In this document: positions 19,341-29,189 of the stretch, one piece after another
Position numbering within the stretch: the first letter of the stretch is position 1
How the letters are laid out: each line of letters starts with the position of its first letter
Notes under the pieces: generated by a model
Database searches by the model: none
Seen by the model: the letters and a program-made list of their open reading frames with translations, nothing else
What the model was told of the DNA's origin: nothing
Translations under genes and position numbers: made by a program
NCBI GenBank assembly: GCA_023489275.1
Contig: JAMDDD010000005.1
Span: forward strand, 1,023-65,022
Origin: Actinomycetota bacterium
Lineage (GTDB): Bacteria > Actinomycetota > Thermoleophilia > BMS3ABIN01
Reading direction: 5' to 3'
DNA length: 64,000 nt

Positions 19341-21791
19341 GTGAGCATCATGAGCGATCCGGGAACAAACAAGATTCTTTTACCGATCGAGGGTATGTCC
19401 TGCGCCTCTTGCGTCGAACGGAACGCCCGGGCGCTGAGGCTGCTTCCGGGCGTGGCCAGGGCGGACGTCAACTTCGCCACCGAGAAGGCGACAGTCGAGT
19501 TCGATCCGGCTATCATCTCTCCGGCCGAACTGGTCGCGGCCGTTCAGAAAGCTGGCTACAAGGTGATCACCGAGAAGGTGACGCTCGCCGTCGGCGGCAT
19601 GTCCTGCGCGTCCTGCGTCGATCGGGTGGAAAAGGCGCTGGCAAAGGCTCCCGGCGTTATTTCCGCTTCCGTGAATTTTGCTACTGAAAAAGCCACCGTT
19701 GAGTTCATCGCCGGCGCGGCCACGGTGGCCGGCCTCGCCACCGTGGTGGAAAAAGCGGGCTACAAGGTGCGCGGAACCGAGGTGGCGGGCGCCGCCGGAA
19801 CCGGCGAGGCGGAAGACATCGAAGCCCGGTCGAGGCGGCGTGAGTACCGGCGCCTAAAATTGAAAGTGGCTGCCGGCGCGGTTATTTCGGTTCCGGTGTT
19901 TCTCGGGAGCATGTTCAGCCTGGGGCCGCTTAGCAATATGTACGTTTTGTGGGCGCTGGCCACCCCGGTGCAGTTCTGGGTGGGGCGGCAGTTCTTTTCC
20001 GGCGCCGTGGCGGCGGCCCGCCACCGGTCGGCAAACATGAATACGCTGGTGGCGGTCGGGTCCCTGTCTGCCTATCTGTACAGCGTTTCCGGCGTTCTCT
20101 TCCATTCTTTCTACCAGCAGCGGGGGCTGGCGCTGCCGATGTACTTCGATACCGCCGCCATCATCATCACCCTGATCCTTTTTGGTCGCATGCTTGAGGC
20201 CCGGGCCAAGGGTCAGACCTCAGAGGCGATCAAGAAGCTGATCGGCCTGAAGCCGAAAACGGCACGGGTGGTCCGGGACGGGACTGAAACAGACGTGCCC
20301 GTCGAGGAAGTTTTGGTTGACGATCTGGTTGTGGTCCGCCCGGGAGAAAAGGTGCCGGTAGACGGCGTTGTCGTTCAGGGCGAGTCAAGCGTTGATGAAT
20401 CGATGATCAGTGGTGAAAGCATGCCGGTGGCAAAATCCCCGGGGGACGAAGTGATCGGCGCCACCGTCAACAGGCTTGGCAGCTTCCGCTTTCGCGCCAG
20501 CCGGGTGGGCAAAGAGACAGCGTTGGCACAAATCATCCAGTTGGTTCAAGACGCTCAGGGCTCGAAGCCCCCGATTGCCCGCCTCGCCGATGTGATCGCC
20601 GGTTATTTCGTGCCGGGCGTTTTTGCCGCCGCCGGGATCACGTTTGTTATCTGGATTATCTTTGGCCCGGAGCCGGCGTTTACCCGGGCGCTGCTCAGTT
20701 TTGTGGCCGTGCTTGTTATCGCCTGCCCCTGCGCTCTGGGGCTGGCGACGCCGACGGCGATCATGGTTGGCACCGGCAAGGGAGCGGAGGCAGGCGTGCT
20801 GATCCGGGGTGGGGATTCGCTGGAGACGGCTCATAAGCTGGATACGATCGTGCTGGACAAAACGGGCACGATTACTCGCGGCGAGCCGGCTGTGACTGAC
20901 ATCTTTGCCGACGGGTGGGATGAAAACCGGATTCTGGAGCTGGCCGCCGCCGCCGAGCGCGGCTCGGAACATCCGCTGGGAGAAGCCATTGTTGCCGGCG
21001 CTTTAAGCCGGGGGATCGCCGCCGGTGAGGCGGAGCGATTTCAGGCGGTGGCGGGACAGGGCATCGAGGCCACCGTCGCCGGGCGCCGCGTGCTCATCGG
21101 CAATCAGGCACTGCTTGAGGGGCGGGGCATCGAACTCGACGGGCTTCAGGAACGCGCCCAGATGCTCGCCGGCGAGGGGAAAACGCCGATGCTGATGGCC
21201 GTTGACGAACGGCCGGCGGCGGTTTTCGGCCTGGCGGATACGATCAAGGATGGTTCCCGCGAGGCGGTGGCTGCCCTTAAGCGCCTGGGGCTGGAAGTGG
21301 TAATGCTGACCGGCGACAACCGGCGGACGGCGGACGCCATCGGCATGGAAGCCGGGGTTGACCGGGTGCTGGCAGAGGTGCAGCCGGCCGGCAAGGCGCG
21401 CGAGGTGGAGCGGCTCCAGGCGGCAGGAAGGAAAGTGGCAATGGTCGGGGACGGGATCAACGACGCGCCGGCGCTGGCCCAGGCGGATATTGGCATCGCA
21501 ATCGGCACCGGGACGGATGTGGCCATGGAGGCGGCTGACGTTACCCTGATCTCGGGGGACCTCAAAGGGGTGGTGACGTCAATTTCACTAAGCCGCCGGA
21601 CCATCCAGATCATCCGGCAGAATCTGTTCTGGGCGTTCTTTTACAACACGGCCCTGATTCCCATAGCGGCGGGGATCCTGTATCCTTTTTTTGGCGTAAT
21701 GCTGAATCCGATTTTCGCTGCCGCCGCCATGGGCATGTCGTCGGTGACCGTGGTGAGCAACTCGTTGCGGCTCAGGCGGTTTAACCCCTAA
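19341..21791 (+). CDS. copA: Cu(I)-translocating P1B ATPase with two HMA domains
   Basis: Two GMSCASC motifs, CPC, DKTGT, SEHP, YN and M..SS. Confidence 0.93.
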   Translation: MSIMSDPGTNKILLPIEGMSCASCVERNARALRLLPGVARADVNFATEKATVEFDPAIISPAELVAAVQKAGYKVITEKVTLAVGGMSCASCVDRVEKALAKAPGVISASVNFATEKATVEFIAGAATVAGLATVVEKAGYKVRGTEVAGAAGTGEAEDIEARSRRREYRRLKLKVAAGAVISVPVFLGSMFSLGPLSNMYVLWALATPVQFWVGRQFFSGAVAAARHRSANMNTLVAVGSLSAYLYSVSGVLFHSFYQQRGLALPMYFDTAAIIITLILFGRMLEARAKGQTSEAIKKLIGLKPKTARVVRDGTETDVPVEEVLVDDLVVVRPGEKVPVDGVVVQGESSVDESMISGESMPVAKSPGDEVIGATVNRLGSFRFRASRVGKETALAQIIQLVQDAQGSKPPIARLADVIAGYFVPGVFAAAGITFVIWIIFGPEPAFTRALLSFVAVLVIACPCALGLATPTAIMVGTGKGAEAGVLIRGGDSLETAHKLDTIVLDKTGTITRGEPAVTDIFADGWDENRILELAAAAERGSEHPLGEAIVAGALSRGIAAGEAERFQAVAGQGIEATVAGRRVLIGNQALLEGRGIELDGLQERAQMLAGEGKTPMLMAVDERPAAVFGLADTIKDGSREAVAALKRLGLEVVMLTGDNRRTADAIGMEAGVDRVLAEVQPAGKAREVERLQAAGRKVAMVGDGINDAPALAQADIGIAIGTGTDVAMEAADVTLISGDLKGVVTSISLSRRTIQIIRQNLFWAFFYNTALIPIAAGILYPFFGVMLNPIFAAAAMGMSSVTVVSNSLRLRRFNP

Positions 21792-21912
21792 CCGCCAATT
21801 TTCGCGTTTCTGGTTTCTGGTTTCGAGTTTCGAGATAGAATAAGGGGTGTATCATGATGATTTTGAATAAGCGGCAACCAGAAACCGGCAACCAGAAACT
21901 GGAAACTTTATT

Positions 21913-22722
21913 TTGACTCAGGTCCGTGACCATTACACAATCGCGCAGATTTCTGATATTCACTGCGGCGACCTCCGGTTTGACACTTCCCTGATCGAGG
22001 AGGCGCAGGCGGAAATCAATGACGCCAGCCCCGACCTCATGGTTGTCGCCGGAGACCTGACCGCCAATGGCTACCGGGAGCAGTTTGAGGAAGCCAAACG
22101 CTATATCGATCTCATCCGCTGCCCGGAAAAAATAGTGGTGGCCGGCAATCACGACACGCGCAACGTCGGCTATCTTCATTTTGAGGAGATGTTTGGCGCG
22201 CGTTTCGTCCAGCGGGAGCTGGACTTTCTTATTTCCGTCGCCGGGAAGAAAGAGGAAGTCCAGGAACGCGTCAGGATCCTGGCGCTGGATTCAAACAAGC
22301 CGGATATGAACGACGGCGAGATCGGCCGCCAGAACTATCCCCGCATCGAATCGGCCTTCGCCGACAGGAAGCATTACAAGATTTTCATCCTGCACCATCA
22401 CCTGGTCAGCATTCCCGGCACCGGCCGGGAGCGAAACGTCGTCTGGGATTCGGGGGACGTGCTGGAAGAGCTGATGAATGCCCGCGTCGACCTGGTCCTG
22501 CACGGTCACCGGCATGTCCCGTTCAACTGGCCGGTAGGGAATATGCTGATCGTCAGCAGCGGCACGGGGTGCACCTGGCGGACGCGCGGCTATAACCAGC
22601 CGTCTTATAACCTGATTGAGATCTACCCCGAGGTGATCAGAGTCACCACCAAAGTGCCGGGGGGAGAGACGCTCTCACGCCATCGCTTCCACCGCCAGCC
22701 GCGCCCGCCTCTGCCGGCTTAG
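21913..22722 (+). CDS. Calcineurin-like metallophosphoesterase (Icc/CpdA-like)
   Basis: SDIH, AGDLT, GNHD, HHH and HGHRH motifs. Confidence 0.88.
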   Translation: MTQVRDHYTIAQISDIHCGDLRFDTSLIEEAQAEINDASPDLMVVAGDLTANGYREQFEEAKRYIDLIRCPEKIVVAGNHDTRNVGYLHFEEMFGARFVQRELDFLISVAGKKEEVQERVRILALDSNKPDMNDGEIGRQNYPRIESAFADRKHYKIFILHHHLVSIPGTGRERNVVWDSGDVLEELMNARVDLVLHGHRHVPFNWPVGNMLIVSSGTGCTWRTRGYNQPSYNLIEIYPEVIRVTTKVPGGETLSRHRFHRQPRPPLPA

Positions 22723-22901
22723 GCACTTCCTGATTCCTCTTCTTCCTGCACGCCCTGTTCGATCTCGTCTTTCTTGCCGCGGCGATTTTTCTTGCCGTAT
22801 TTGGTCGTATCATGAAAACCGGCGCCCGAGCGCGGGCGGCCGGCAAATGGATTGCGCCTGACTTGCTTTTTATCTTTGTCTTTTTTGCTTTTTTCTGCCA
22901 T
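22719..22901 (-). CDS. Small Lys/Arg-rich hypothetical protein (60 aa)
   Basis: MAEKSKKDKDKKQVRRNPFAGRPRSGAGFHDTTKYGKKNRR..., co-directional with and directly downstream of dtd. Confidence 0.6.
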   Translation of the reverse strand: MAEKSKKDKDKKQVRRNPFAGRPRSGAGFHDTTKYGKKNRRGKKDEIEQGVQEEEESGSA

Positions 22902-22923
22902 GGTATCTGCAAATTGCCGCATA

Positions 22924-23403
22924 TTACTTCGGCGCCGCCGCCAGATTCCGGCTGTCCGGATCGGGATCTTTACGAAGCAATATTGTCACCGGGCCGTCAC
23001 CCACAAGTTCCACCTGCATCCGCGCGCCAAACACGCCGGTCCTGACCTCGAGGCCTTCGCTTTTTAGCGCGGCGGCGACATCCAGATAAAGCTTTTCAGC
23101 CACGGACGGCGCCGCGGCGCCGGTGAAGCTGGGCCGGTTTCCCCGGCGCGTGTCCGCCAGCAGGGTAAACTGGCTGACCAGCAACACCGAGCCGCCGGCC
23201 TCCTTGACGGAAAGATTCATCCGCCCGCTGCCGTCGTCGAAGATACGCAGGCGCGAGATCCTGGCGGCGATATAATGGGCTTCGGCGCTGCCGTCTTTGC
23301 TGGCAACTCCGAGCAGCACAAGCAGCCCGGGACCAATCGAAGCCACCTGATCGCCGTCCACCTGGATGCTTGCCCTCTTAACCCTTTGCAAAACGGCTTG
23401 CAT
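22924..23403 (-). CDS. dtd: D-aminoacyl-tRNA deacylase
   Basis: QRV, VSQFTL, GNRPSF, FGA.M.V and DGPVT motifs. Confidence 0.93.
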   Translation of the reverse strand: MQAVLQRVKRASIQVDGDQVASIGPGLLVLLGVASKDGSAEAHYIAARISRLRIFDDGSGRMNLSVKEAGGSVLLVSQFTLLADTRRGNRPSFTGAAAPSVAEKLYLDVAAALKSEGLEVRTGVFGARMQVELVGDGPVTILLRKDPDPDSRNLAAAPK

Positions 23404-23466
23404 GGCCCAAGTCTATTTCTATTGAAAAATAGTTGAAAGCCTGCGCGCAATGAAACAGAATCACGC

Positions 23467-23883
23467 ATGATCATGAACCGGCAGATCGGCGAGATCGACA
23501 GCCCCAGAATCGGGCTGCTATTCTGGATTTCCCAGGGCACCTCGAAGCAATCGATGACGGCGGGGGCCGGTCATATCGATGGGACCCCCTTGCCGGGCGC
23601 CGGAGGCAGTTTTGCCATCGCCGGCGACCGGGTGCTTTACGGCGCTCCGTTTCTGAAGCTTGACCAGGTGCGCGCCGGCGACAAAGTCATCCTGCGGATG
23701 CCGTATGCCGGCCTGACCTACCAGGTGAGCGGCGTTACGAAAGTGCCGCCCGATGACGTCAGCGTGCTTGATCTCCGCGGTGATGACTCGATCACCTTAA
23801 GCACCTGCGACCCGGTCTGGCGGGTCGACCAGAGAATAATCGTCTCAGGAAGGTTGATTAACCTTGAGGTGAAACCGTGGTAG
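23467..23883 (+). CDS. Sortase-like catalytic domain lacking the N-terminal anchor, with catalytic His replaced by Asp
   Basis: GAGH..GTPLPG, IAGDR..YGAPF, ITLSTCDP and QRIIV. In-frame TGA at 23434 prevents an N-terminal extension. Confidence 0.7.
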   Translation: MIMNRQIGEIDSPRIGLLFWISQGTSKQSMTAGAGHIDGTPLPGAGGSFAIAGDRVLYGAPFLKLDQVRAGDKVILRMPYAGLTYQVSGVTKVPPDDVSVLDLRGDDSITLSTCDPVWRVDQRIIVSGRLINLEVKPW

Positions 23884-25307
23884 GTTATGCCGGCAGTCCG
23901 AAAGGATCGCCATCGCTGCGCCGCGCCGGGCTTTACCTCCTTTTTGGGGCCCTGCTCCTGGGAACGCTGCTCCGCGGCGGCTACTTTCCCGTTCCCAAAT
24001 GGACTTTTGCGCTGCTGCTTCTGCTTGCCGGCGCTGTGGAAGTGGCGGTGGTGGCTGCTTTCAAGGAGCTGAGCCTGCCGCGGACGCCGTTATTCTGGCT
24101 GCTCGCGGCCTTTTCGGCGTTTGCCGCCATCAGTGGCGCCTGGAGCGCGGCGCCGGGCGAAACGCTGCGGGAATCGGTACTGCTTTTCGGGCTGCTCGCG
24201 GCCGGATATACCGTCTTGAGCCAGCTCCGCTGCCGCCGGACCGAGACGGTTGACCTCATCGCCGCGGGAGTAGTTTATACCACCGCTTTCGCATCAGCAT
24301 GGGGAATCGTCTCCTTCATCATCAGAATGCAGCCTTACAGCGGTTACGTGGACGGTTTTCTCCGGGCCGGCTCGACTTTCGAGTACTCAAATGCCCTCAG
24401 CTGCTTCGGGCTGATGGGGCTGCCGGTCACGTTTGCCATGCTTAAGCGCTCCTCGCCGCGGGACCGGCCGCTTTTCGGGCTGGCGCTGGGCCTGGAGACG
24501 GCGGCGGTGTTGCTGAGCTACGCCAGATTTGGTTACGTGATTCTGTTCTTCCTGAGCCTGTATTTCATCGTCAGCGCGGCAAAGCTGCGCGCGGCCGTTT
24601 TTGTGTCTCTGGCTGCGGGCATTGCGGCCGCGGTGGCCGCCGCGGCTGCGGAAGAAAGTTCGCTGCCCACATTCGGCTTTTTTGCCGTGATTGCTATTTT
24701 CGGCTGCGCCTCGGTGCTTCAGCCGCTGCTGGCGGCGCGGGCGGAACGGGCCGCCCGCCGGCGGGCGCGTCTGGCGGAAGGGGCAGCGGCAGTGGCCGTA
24801 TTGATCGGCGCGCCGCTACTAATTCTCAAGACCGGCCGGCTTCGACAGATCGTCACTTCCCGGTTCGGTCAGGGTATGGAGCCTAGCCATCTTGTGCCGC
24901 ACCGGCTGGACACTTACCGTGGCGTCCTCGACGCTTTTCGGATTCATCCCCTGGCTGGTTTTGGCCTGGGCTCCTTTGCCGGCGTTTACCAGCGTTACGC
25001 CATTGCCTCCTACACAAAGTTTGCCCATAACCTGGTGTTGCAGACCGCGGTTGACACAGGGATCATCGGCGCCGCGCTGATGAGCGCCTGGCTCGCCCTG
25101 GCGGTGGCGCTCTCGATCTGGCGGCTGGCGGCGGCGCGCGCCGAGCCGCTGGCGCGGGCGTTCGCGATCTCAACCCTGGTCTTTATTGCCTACAACATGT
25201 TTGACTGGGAATGGTACGTGCCGGCTCTGGCCGGCTGGTTTGTGGTCGGGTTGATGGTGGTAGCGACCCCGGACCGGCCGGAGAAGGACCTTGGCAGAGC
25301 GTCCTAG
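23877..25307 (+). CDS. O-antigen ligase/Wzy_C family polytopic membrane protein
   Basis: RAGSTFEYSN, LSYAR, HPLAGFGLGSF, AHNLVLQ..VDTGIIG and many TM segments. Confidence 0.8.
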   Translation: MVGYAGSPKGSPSLRRAGLYLLFGALLLGTLLRGGYFPVPKWTFALLLLLAGAVEVAVVAAFKELSLPRTPLFWLLAAFSAFAAISGAWSAAPGETLRESVLLFGLLAAGYTVLSQLRCRRTETVDLIAAGVVYTTAFASAWGIVSFIIRMQPYSGYVDGFLRAGSTFEYSNALSCFGLMGLPVTFAMLKRSSPRDRPLFGLALGLETAAVLLSYARFGYVILFFLSLYFIVSAAKLRAAVFVSLAAGIAAAVAAAAAEESSLPTFGFFAVIAIFGCASVLQPLLAARAERAARRRARLAEGAAAVAVLIGAPLLILKTGRLRQIVTSRFGQGMEPSHLVPHRLDTYRGVLDAFRIHPLAGFGLGSFAGVYQRYAIASYTKFAHNLVLQTAVDTGIIGAALMSAWLALAVALSIWRLAAARAEPLARAFAISTLVFIAYNMFDWEWYVPALAGWFVVGLMVVATPDRPEKDLGRAS

Positions 25308-26182
25308 TGGGTAAGCACGTCGGCGGCCAGAAAGGCGAAGTAGACGATGCCGATAAACCCGTTCATCGTCATGAACGTTCCCACGCGTGACAGGTTGTTT
25401 TTCGTCACCAGCGCGTTTTCAAAGGCAAGAAGGACGGCGGCCACGGCAACGCCGGTAAAGTACAGGAGACCGCGTCCCTGGGCCCATCCGGCGGCGGCGA
25501 TCAGCGCCACGGCGAGCACGTGAAAGACGCGCATCACGATCAGCGCCGGCCCCGCTCCCAGCGAAACAGGCAGGGAGTGAATACCCTCCGCCCGGTCGAA
25601 ATCAAGATCAAGGCAGGCGTAAGCGATGTCGAAGCCGCCGATCCAGAAGGTGATCGCACCCATGAGCAGGAATGGTTGCCACGTTAACCCACCTGTGACA
25701 GCAACCCAGGCGCCTGCCGGCGCCAGCCCGTCGGTCGCCCCCAGAAAGACATGGCACAGGGACGTGAACCGCTTCGTGTAGGGATAGATGACAAACGCGG
25801 CGATCACGATCGGGGACAGGTACCAGGTCAGGGGTGGCAGTTGCGACAGCGCCGCGCCCAGCACCGCCAGCGACAGCAGGGTGAAACCGGCCGCGGCCCT
25901 CAGCGACAGCTTCCCGGCCGCCAGCTCCCGCCCGGCCGTGCGCGGGTTGCGGGCGTCGATGCGGCGGTCAATGATCCGGTTGAGCGACATTGCCAGGCTG
26001 CGCGCCGCCACCATCGCCACCGTAATCCACAGAATCTTCAGCGCCGGCGGGATGCTGTTCCGGGCCAGAAGGGCACCCGCGTAAGCAAACGGCAGCGCAA
26101 AGACGCTGTGCTCCACCTTGACGAATTTTGCCAGCATCGCTGGAAGCCTGAACATCGATGCCGTTTCCGCCTTTGAGGACAC
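25304..26182 (-). CDS. UbiA-family prenyltransferase (MqnP-like)
   Basis: EHSVFALPFAY, NRIIDRRIDARNPRT, YPYTKRFT and GFDIAYACLD motifs. Confidence 0.88.
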   Translation of the reverse strand: MSSKAETASMFRLPAMLAKFVKVEHSVFALPFAYAGALLARNSIPPALKILWITVAMVAARSLAMSLNRIIDRRIDARNPRTAGRELAAGKLSLRAAAGFTLLSLAVLGAALSQLPPLTWYLSPIVIAAFVIYPYTKRFTSLCHVFLGATDGLAPAGAWVAVTGGLTWQPFLLMGAITFWIGGFDIAYACLDLDFDRAEGIHSLPVSLGAGPALIVMRVFHVLAVALIAAAGWAQGRGLLYFTGVAVAAVLLAFENALVTKNNLSRVGTFMTMNGFIGIVYFAFLAADVLTH

Positions 26183-26243
26183 CTTGTCAGAGCCTATCCC
26201 AGTAGGTAATCAGTAGCGAGGCAGAGCGAGAGGGCTATGGCTC

Positions 26244-27677
26244 TCATAACTCGATGCCGTACTCGGACCAGCGCCGGTCGACAAGCTCCTTGATCTCGGG
26301 ACTCATGGCGATGTCATCGGGCCAGGGGCGCGTGTGCCCTTCTTCCGGCCACTTCTTGGTGGCGTCGACGCCCATCTTGGCGCCGTAGTTCGGAGTGGGA
26401 CTGGCGTGGTCCAGCACGTCCAGCGGCCCCTCGCTGATGAGGATGTCCCGGCCGGGATCGACATTGTTAAAAACGCGCCAGGCCACTTCGCTCTCGTCAT
26501 GGACATCAACATGCTCATCGACAATGACGACAAATTTTGTCAGCGACAGCATCCCCAGGCCCCAGACCGCGTTCATGACCTTGCGCCCCTGCATCGGATA
26601 GCTCTTTTTGATTGATATGATTGCACAATTGTGAAAGACGCCTTCCAGTGGCAGGTTCATGTCGGCCATCTCCGGCAGCGTCATCTTCAGCAGCGGCAGG
26701 AACAGCCGCTCGGTGGCCTTGCCCAGGAAGCAGTCCTCCATCGGCGGCCGCCCGACGATAGTGGTGGCGTAAACCGGATCGCGCCGGTGGGTGATGCAGG
26801 TCAGATGAAACACGGGGTAGTCGCCGGCCAGCGAATAATAGCCGGTGTGGTCCCCAAACGGCCCCTCGCAGCGGAGTTCGTCTTTTTCAACGTATCCTTC
26901 CAGCACGATCTCGGCGGTGGCCGGAACTTCCATGCCCACGGTTTTACACCGCACCATCTCTACCGGGCTCCCTTTGAGGAATCCGGCCAGCATCATCTCG
27001 TCGATTCCTTTCGGCAGCGGGGCGGTGGCGGCGTAAGTTGTCGCCGGATCGGTACCGATGGCGACGGCCACTTCGATCCGTCCGGCGGCCATCCGGAAGT
27101 TTTCGGCGCCGTCTTTGTGCACATGCCAGTGCATGCCCGTGGTCGAGCGGTCGAATTTTTGCAGCCGGTACATGCCGGCGTTGCGGCGGCCTTGCGGATC
27201 CTTGGTGAAGACCAGCGGCAAGGTGATGAACGGTCCGCCGTCGCCCGGCCAGGTTTTCAGGATGGGCAGCGCGTCAAGATCCGGCTGATCCATCACGACT
27301 TCCTGACATGGACCGGAGCCAACTATCCTGGGGGCCGATCCGGCCAGATCTTTCAGCTTTCCCAGCGCTTTCACCTTGGCCACCAGTCCCTGCGGCGGCT
27401 GCAGCTCCAGAACCCGTCCCAGCCGGGCCGCAACCTGATCCAGGTTCTCTCCCCCGAGCGCCATGCTCATCCGTTTCATGCTGCCAAACTGGTTGATCAG
27501 GATCGGCATCGTCGAGCCACTGGGGTTGCGGAACAGGAGGGCGGGGCCCCCCGCCTTGCTGACCCGGTCGGTGATCTCAGAAACCTCCAGCTCCGGATCG
27601 ACCGGGGCCGTCACCTCGATCAGCTCACCTTCCCGCTTAAGAAGGTTGATAAATTGCCTTAGATCGTTTATTGCCAT
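26244..27677 (-). CDS. UbiD-family menaquinone biosynthesis decarboxylase (MqnL-like)
   Basis: GPALLF, NAGMYRLQ, EGPFGDHTGYY, GRPPMED and LDHAS motifs. Confidence 0.9.
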   Translation of the reverse strand: MAINDLRQFINLLKREGELIEVTAPVDPELEVSEITDRVSKAGGPALLFRNPSGSTMPILINQFGSMKRMSMALGGENLDQVAARLGRVLELQPPQGLVAKVKALGKLKDLAGSAPRIVGSGPCQEVVMDQPDLDALPILKTWPGDGGPFITLPLVFTKDPQGRRNAGMYRLQKFDRSTTGMHWHVHKDGAENFRMAAGRIEVAVAIGTDPATTYAATAPLPKGIDEMMLAGFLKGSPVEMVRCKTVGMEVPATAEIVLEGYVEKDELRCEGPFGDHTGYYSLAGDYPVFHLTCITHRRDPVYATTIVGRPPMEDCFLGKATERLFLPLLKMTLPEMADMNLPLEGVFHNCAIISIKKSYPMQGRKVMNAVWGLGMLSLTKFVVIVDEHVDVHDESEVAWRVFNNVDPGRDILISEGPLDVLDHASPTPNYGAKMGVDATKKWPEEGHTRPWPDDIAMSPEIKELVDRRWSEYGIEL

Positions 27678-27693
27678 TGTTCCGACAAATTTG

Positions 27694-28359
27694 TCAAATT
27701 ACCGCCAGGGTCGAGATCCAGTCCTCAACGCTAATGGCCGGAAAGTCCGCCGCCAGCCGGGCTACGATCGCGCTGCGCCGGGAGCTGGCGGCGCCATAAT
27801 CGTTGGCCAGCAGGCTCGCGCGGTATGGGCCCAGCTCTTCCTGGCAGCGCCCGTTCTCTCCCGAGACGGCACGGCCGGCCAGGCAGAGCGTCGTAAATAC
27901 CCAGGCGGACATTGCCCAGGAGTCTTCCGGGCCGGCGCCATCGTCCGCAGGCCTCCGCGGCTTCAGGGCGGGGTCCGATGGCGCCGCCTCCGCGCCCACA
28001 TGAGCACAGAGGCTGATCAGATCCGCGAGACAGGCCACGCCGAACAAATCTCCCAGCGCCGCAATATAGGTGAGCCCTTTCGCGTACATATAATCGCCGG
28101 CCAGCAGACTGAAATCAGAAGCGTCCGCCTCGATCAGCCGGCCCTGGTGATGATAGTGCAGCAGGTAACCCTCAAAGATGTACTCGAGCGCAAACAGGTA
28201 ATTTTCGTTGGCGGAGCTCCCGCCGCAGGCGCTGGCAAACAGGTCCGAGACTCCCTCGCCGGCCGGCGGCGGCGTCAACCGGTTGACAAACAGCGGGCTT
28301 TCCGCCGCTATCTGGCGGGACATTTCGGCCAAAGTTATCTCGGCGATGGTTTTCATCAT
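27694..28359 (-). CDS. Hypothetical protein with a degenerate isoprenoid-synthase-like fold
   Basis: E.I.EGYLLHY and LLAGDYMYAKGL resemble polyprenyl synthase helices but there is no DDxxD; lies upstream of ubiD. Confidence 0.55.
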   Translation of the reverse strand: MMKTIAEITLAEMSRQIAAESPLFVNRLTPPPAGEGVSDLFASACGGSSANENYLFALEYIFEGYLLHYHHQGRLIEADASDFSLLAGDYMYAKGLTYIAALGDLFGVACLADLISLCAHVGAEAAPSDPALKPRRPADDGAGPEDSWAMSAWVFTTLCLAGRAVSGENGRCQEELGPYRASLLANDYGAASSRRSAIVARLAADFPAISVEDWISTLAVI

Positions 28360-28390
28360 CAAAGGAAAAGTGATCCAATCCGTACGCTTT

Positions 28391-28458
28391 TGTCATCCTG
28401 AGCGGTGAAGAATCCGGTTTATATGCCCGAGATCCTTCCGCTTCGCGCCAGGATGACA
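28391..28458. repeat. REP/MITE-like palindromic element
   Basis: Terminal inverted repeats TGTCATCCTG...CAGGATGACA; degenerate relatives ending GGAATGAC near 3290-3350 and 12195-12250. Confidence 0.55.
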
Positions 28459-28538
28459 GTTTCCTCATGGTTAAATAACAATTCAGACTAACAGGTTTTT
28501 TAACTTTCAACTTTCAACTTGGAGCCTGGAACTTGACG

Positions 28539-29180
28539 TTAGCAACCTTGATTATTGAGATAAAACGACAGGCTCATCAACTCGGTAGAGAGGTCAACCT
28601 GCCTGACAATCGCCGGTTCTTTTACGTGTGCCCTGATCGGCGCAAAATTAAGCACTGACGGGACTCCGGCCGCCACGACCCGGTCGATCAGTTCCTGGGC
28701 GACGGAAGCCGGCGTGGTGATAATGGCGATGTCGACGCGGTTGCTGGTGATAAAATCCTCGAGCTCATCGGTTGATTTGACATGGCCTACACCCCGGCTT
28801 TTGCCGATAACCGCCGCGGCCGAGTCGAACATGCCGAGGAGATTAAAGCCCTGCTTTTGAAAGGCGCGGTAACGGGCCAGCGCCGTGCCCAGCTTGCCGG
28901 CGCCGATGATGATTGTGTTCCAGGTGCGGTCCAGCCCCAGGCACTTTTTCAGCTCTTCGATCAGGGAGGCGACGTCGTAGCCCACTCCCCGAATGCCAAA
29001 CTCGCCGAAGTAAGAGAGGTCTTTGCGAATCTGCGCCGGATTCGTGCCCACCGCTTCCGCCAACTGGCGCGACGACACGGTTGATGTCCCGCGGGACTGC
29101 ATTTCCTGGAGCTTGCGCAGGTACCGGGAAAGGCGGGGCACGGTAGCGGCCGGCACGCTGTGGTTTTTATTTCCCGCCAT
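28539..29180 (-). CDS. rex: Redox-sensing transcriptional repressor Rex
   Basis: RLSRYLR, QIRKDLSYFGEFGIRGVGY, GAGKLG and NFAP motifs. Confidence 0.95.
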   Translation of the reverse strand: MAGNKNHSVPAATVPRLSRYLRKLQEMQSRGTSTVSSRQLAEAVGTNPAQIRKDLSYFGEFGIRGVGYDVASLIEELKKCLGLDRTWNTIIIGAGKLGTALARYRAFQKQGFNLLGMFDSAAAVIGKSRGVGHVKSTDELEDFITSNRVDIAIITTPASVAQELIDRVVAAGVPSVLNFAPIRAHVKEPAIVRQVDLSTELMSLSFYLNNQGC

Positions 29181-29189
29181 TGCTGCCTG

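Noticed and set aside
21800-21906. CRISPR array interpretation of the intergenic repeats
   Set aside because: The units are 7 bp and tandem with no unique spacers, and no cas genes are present.
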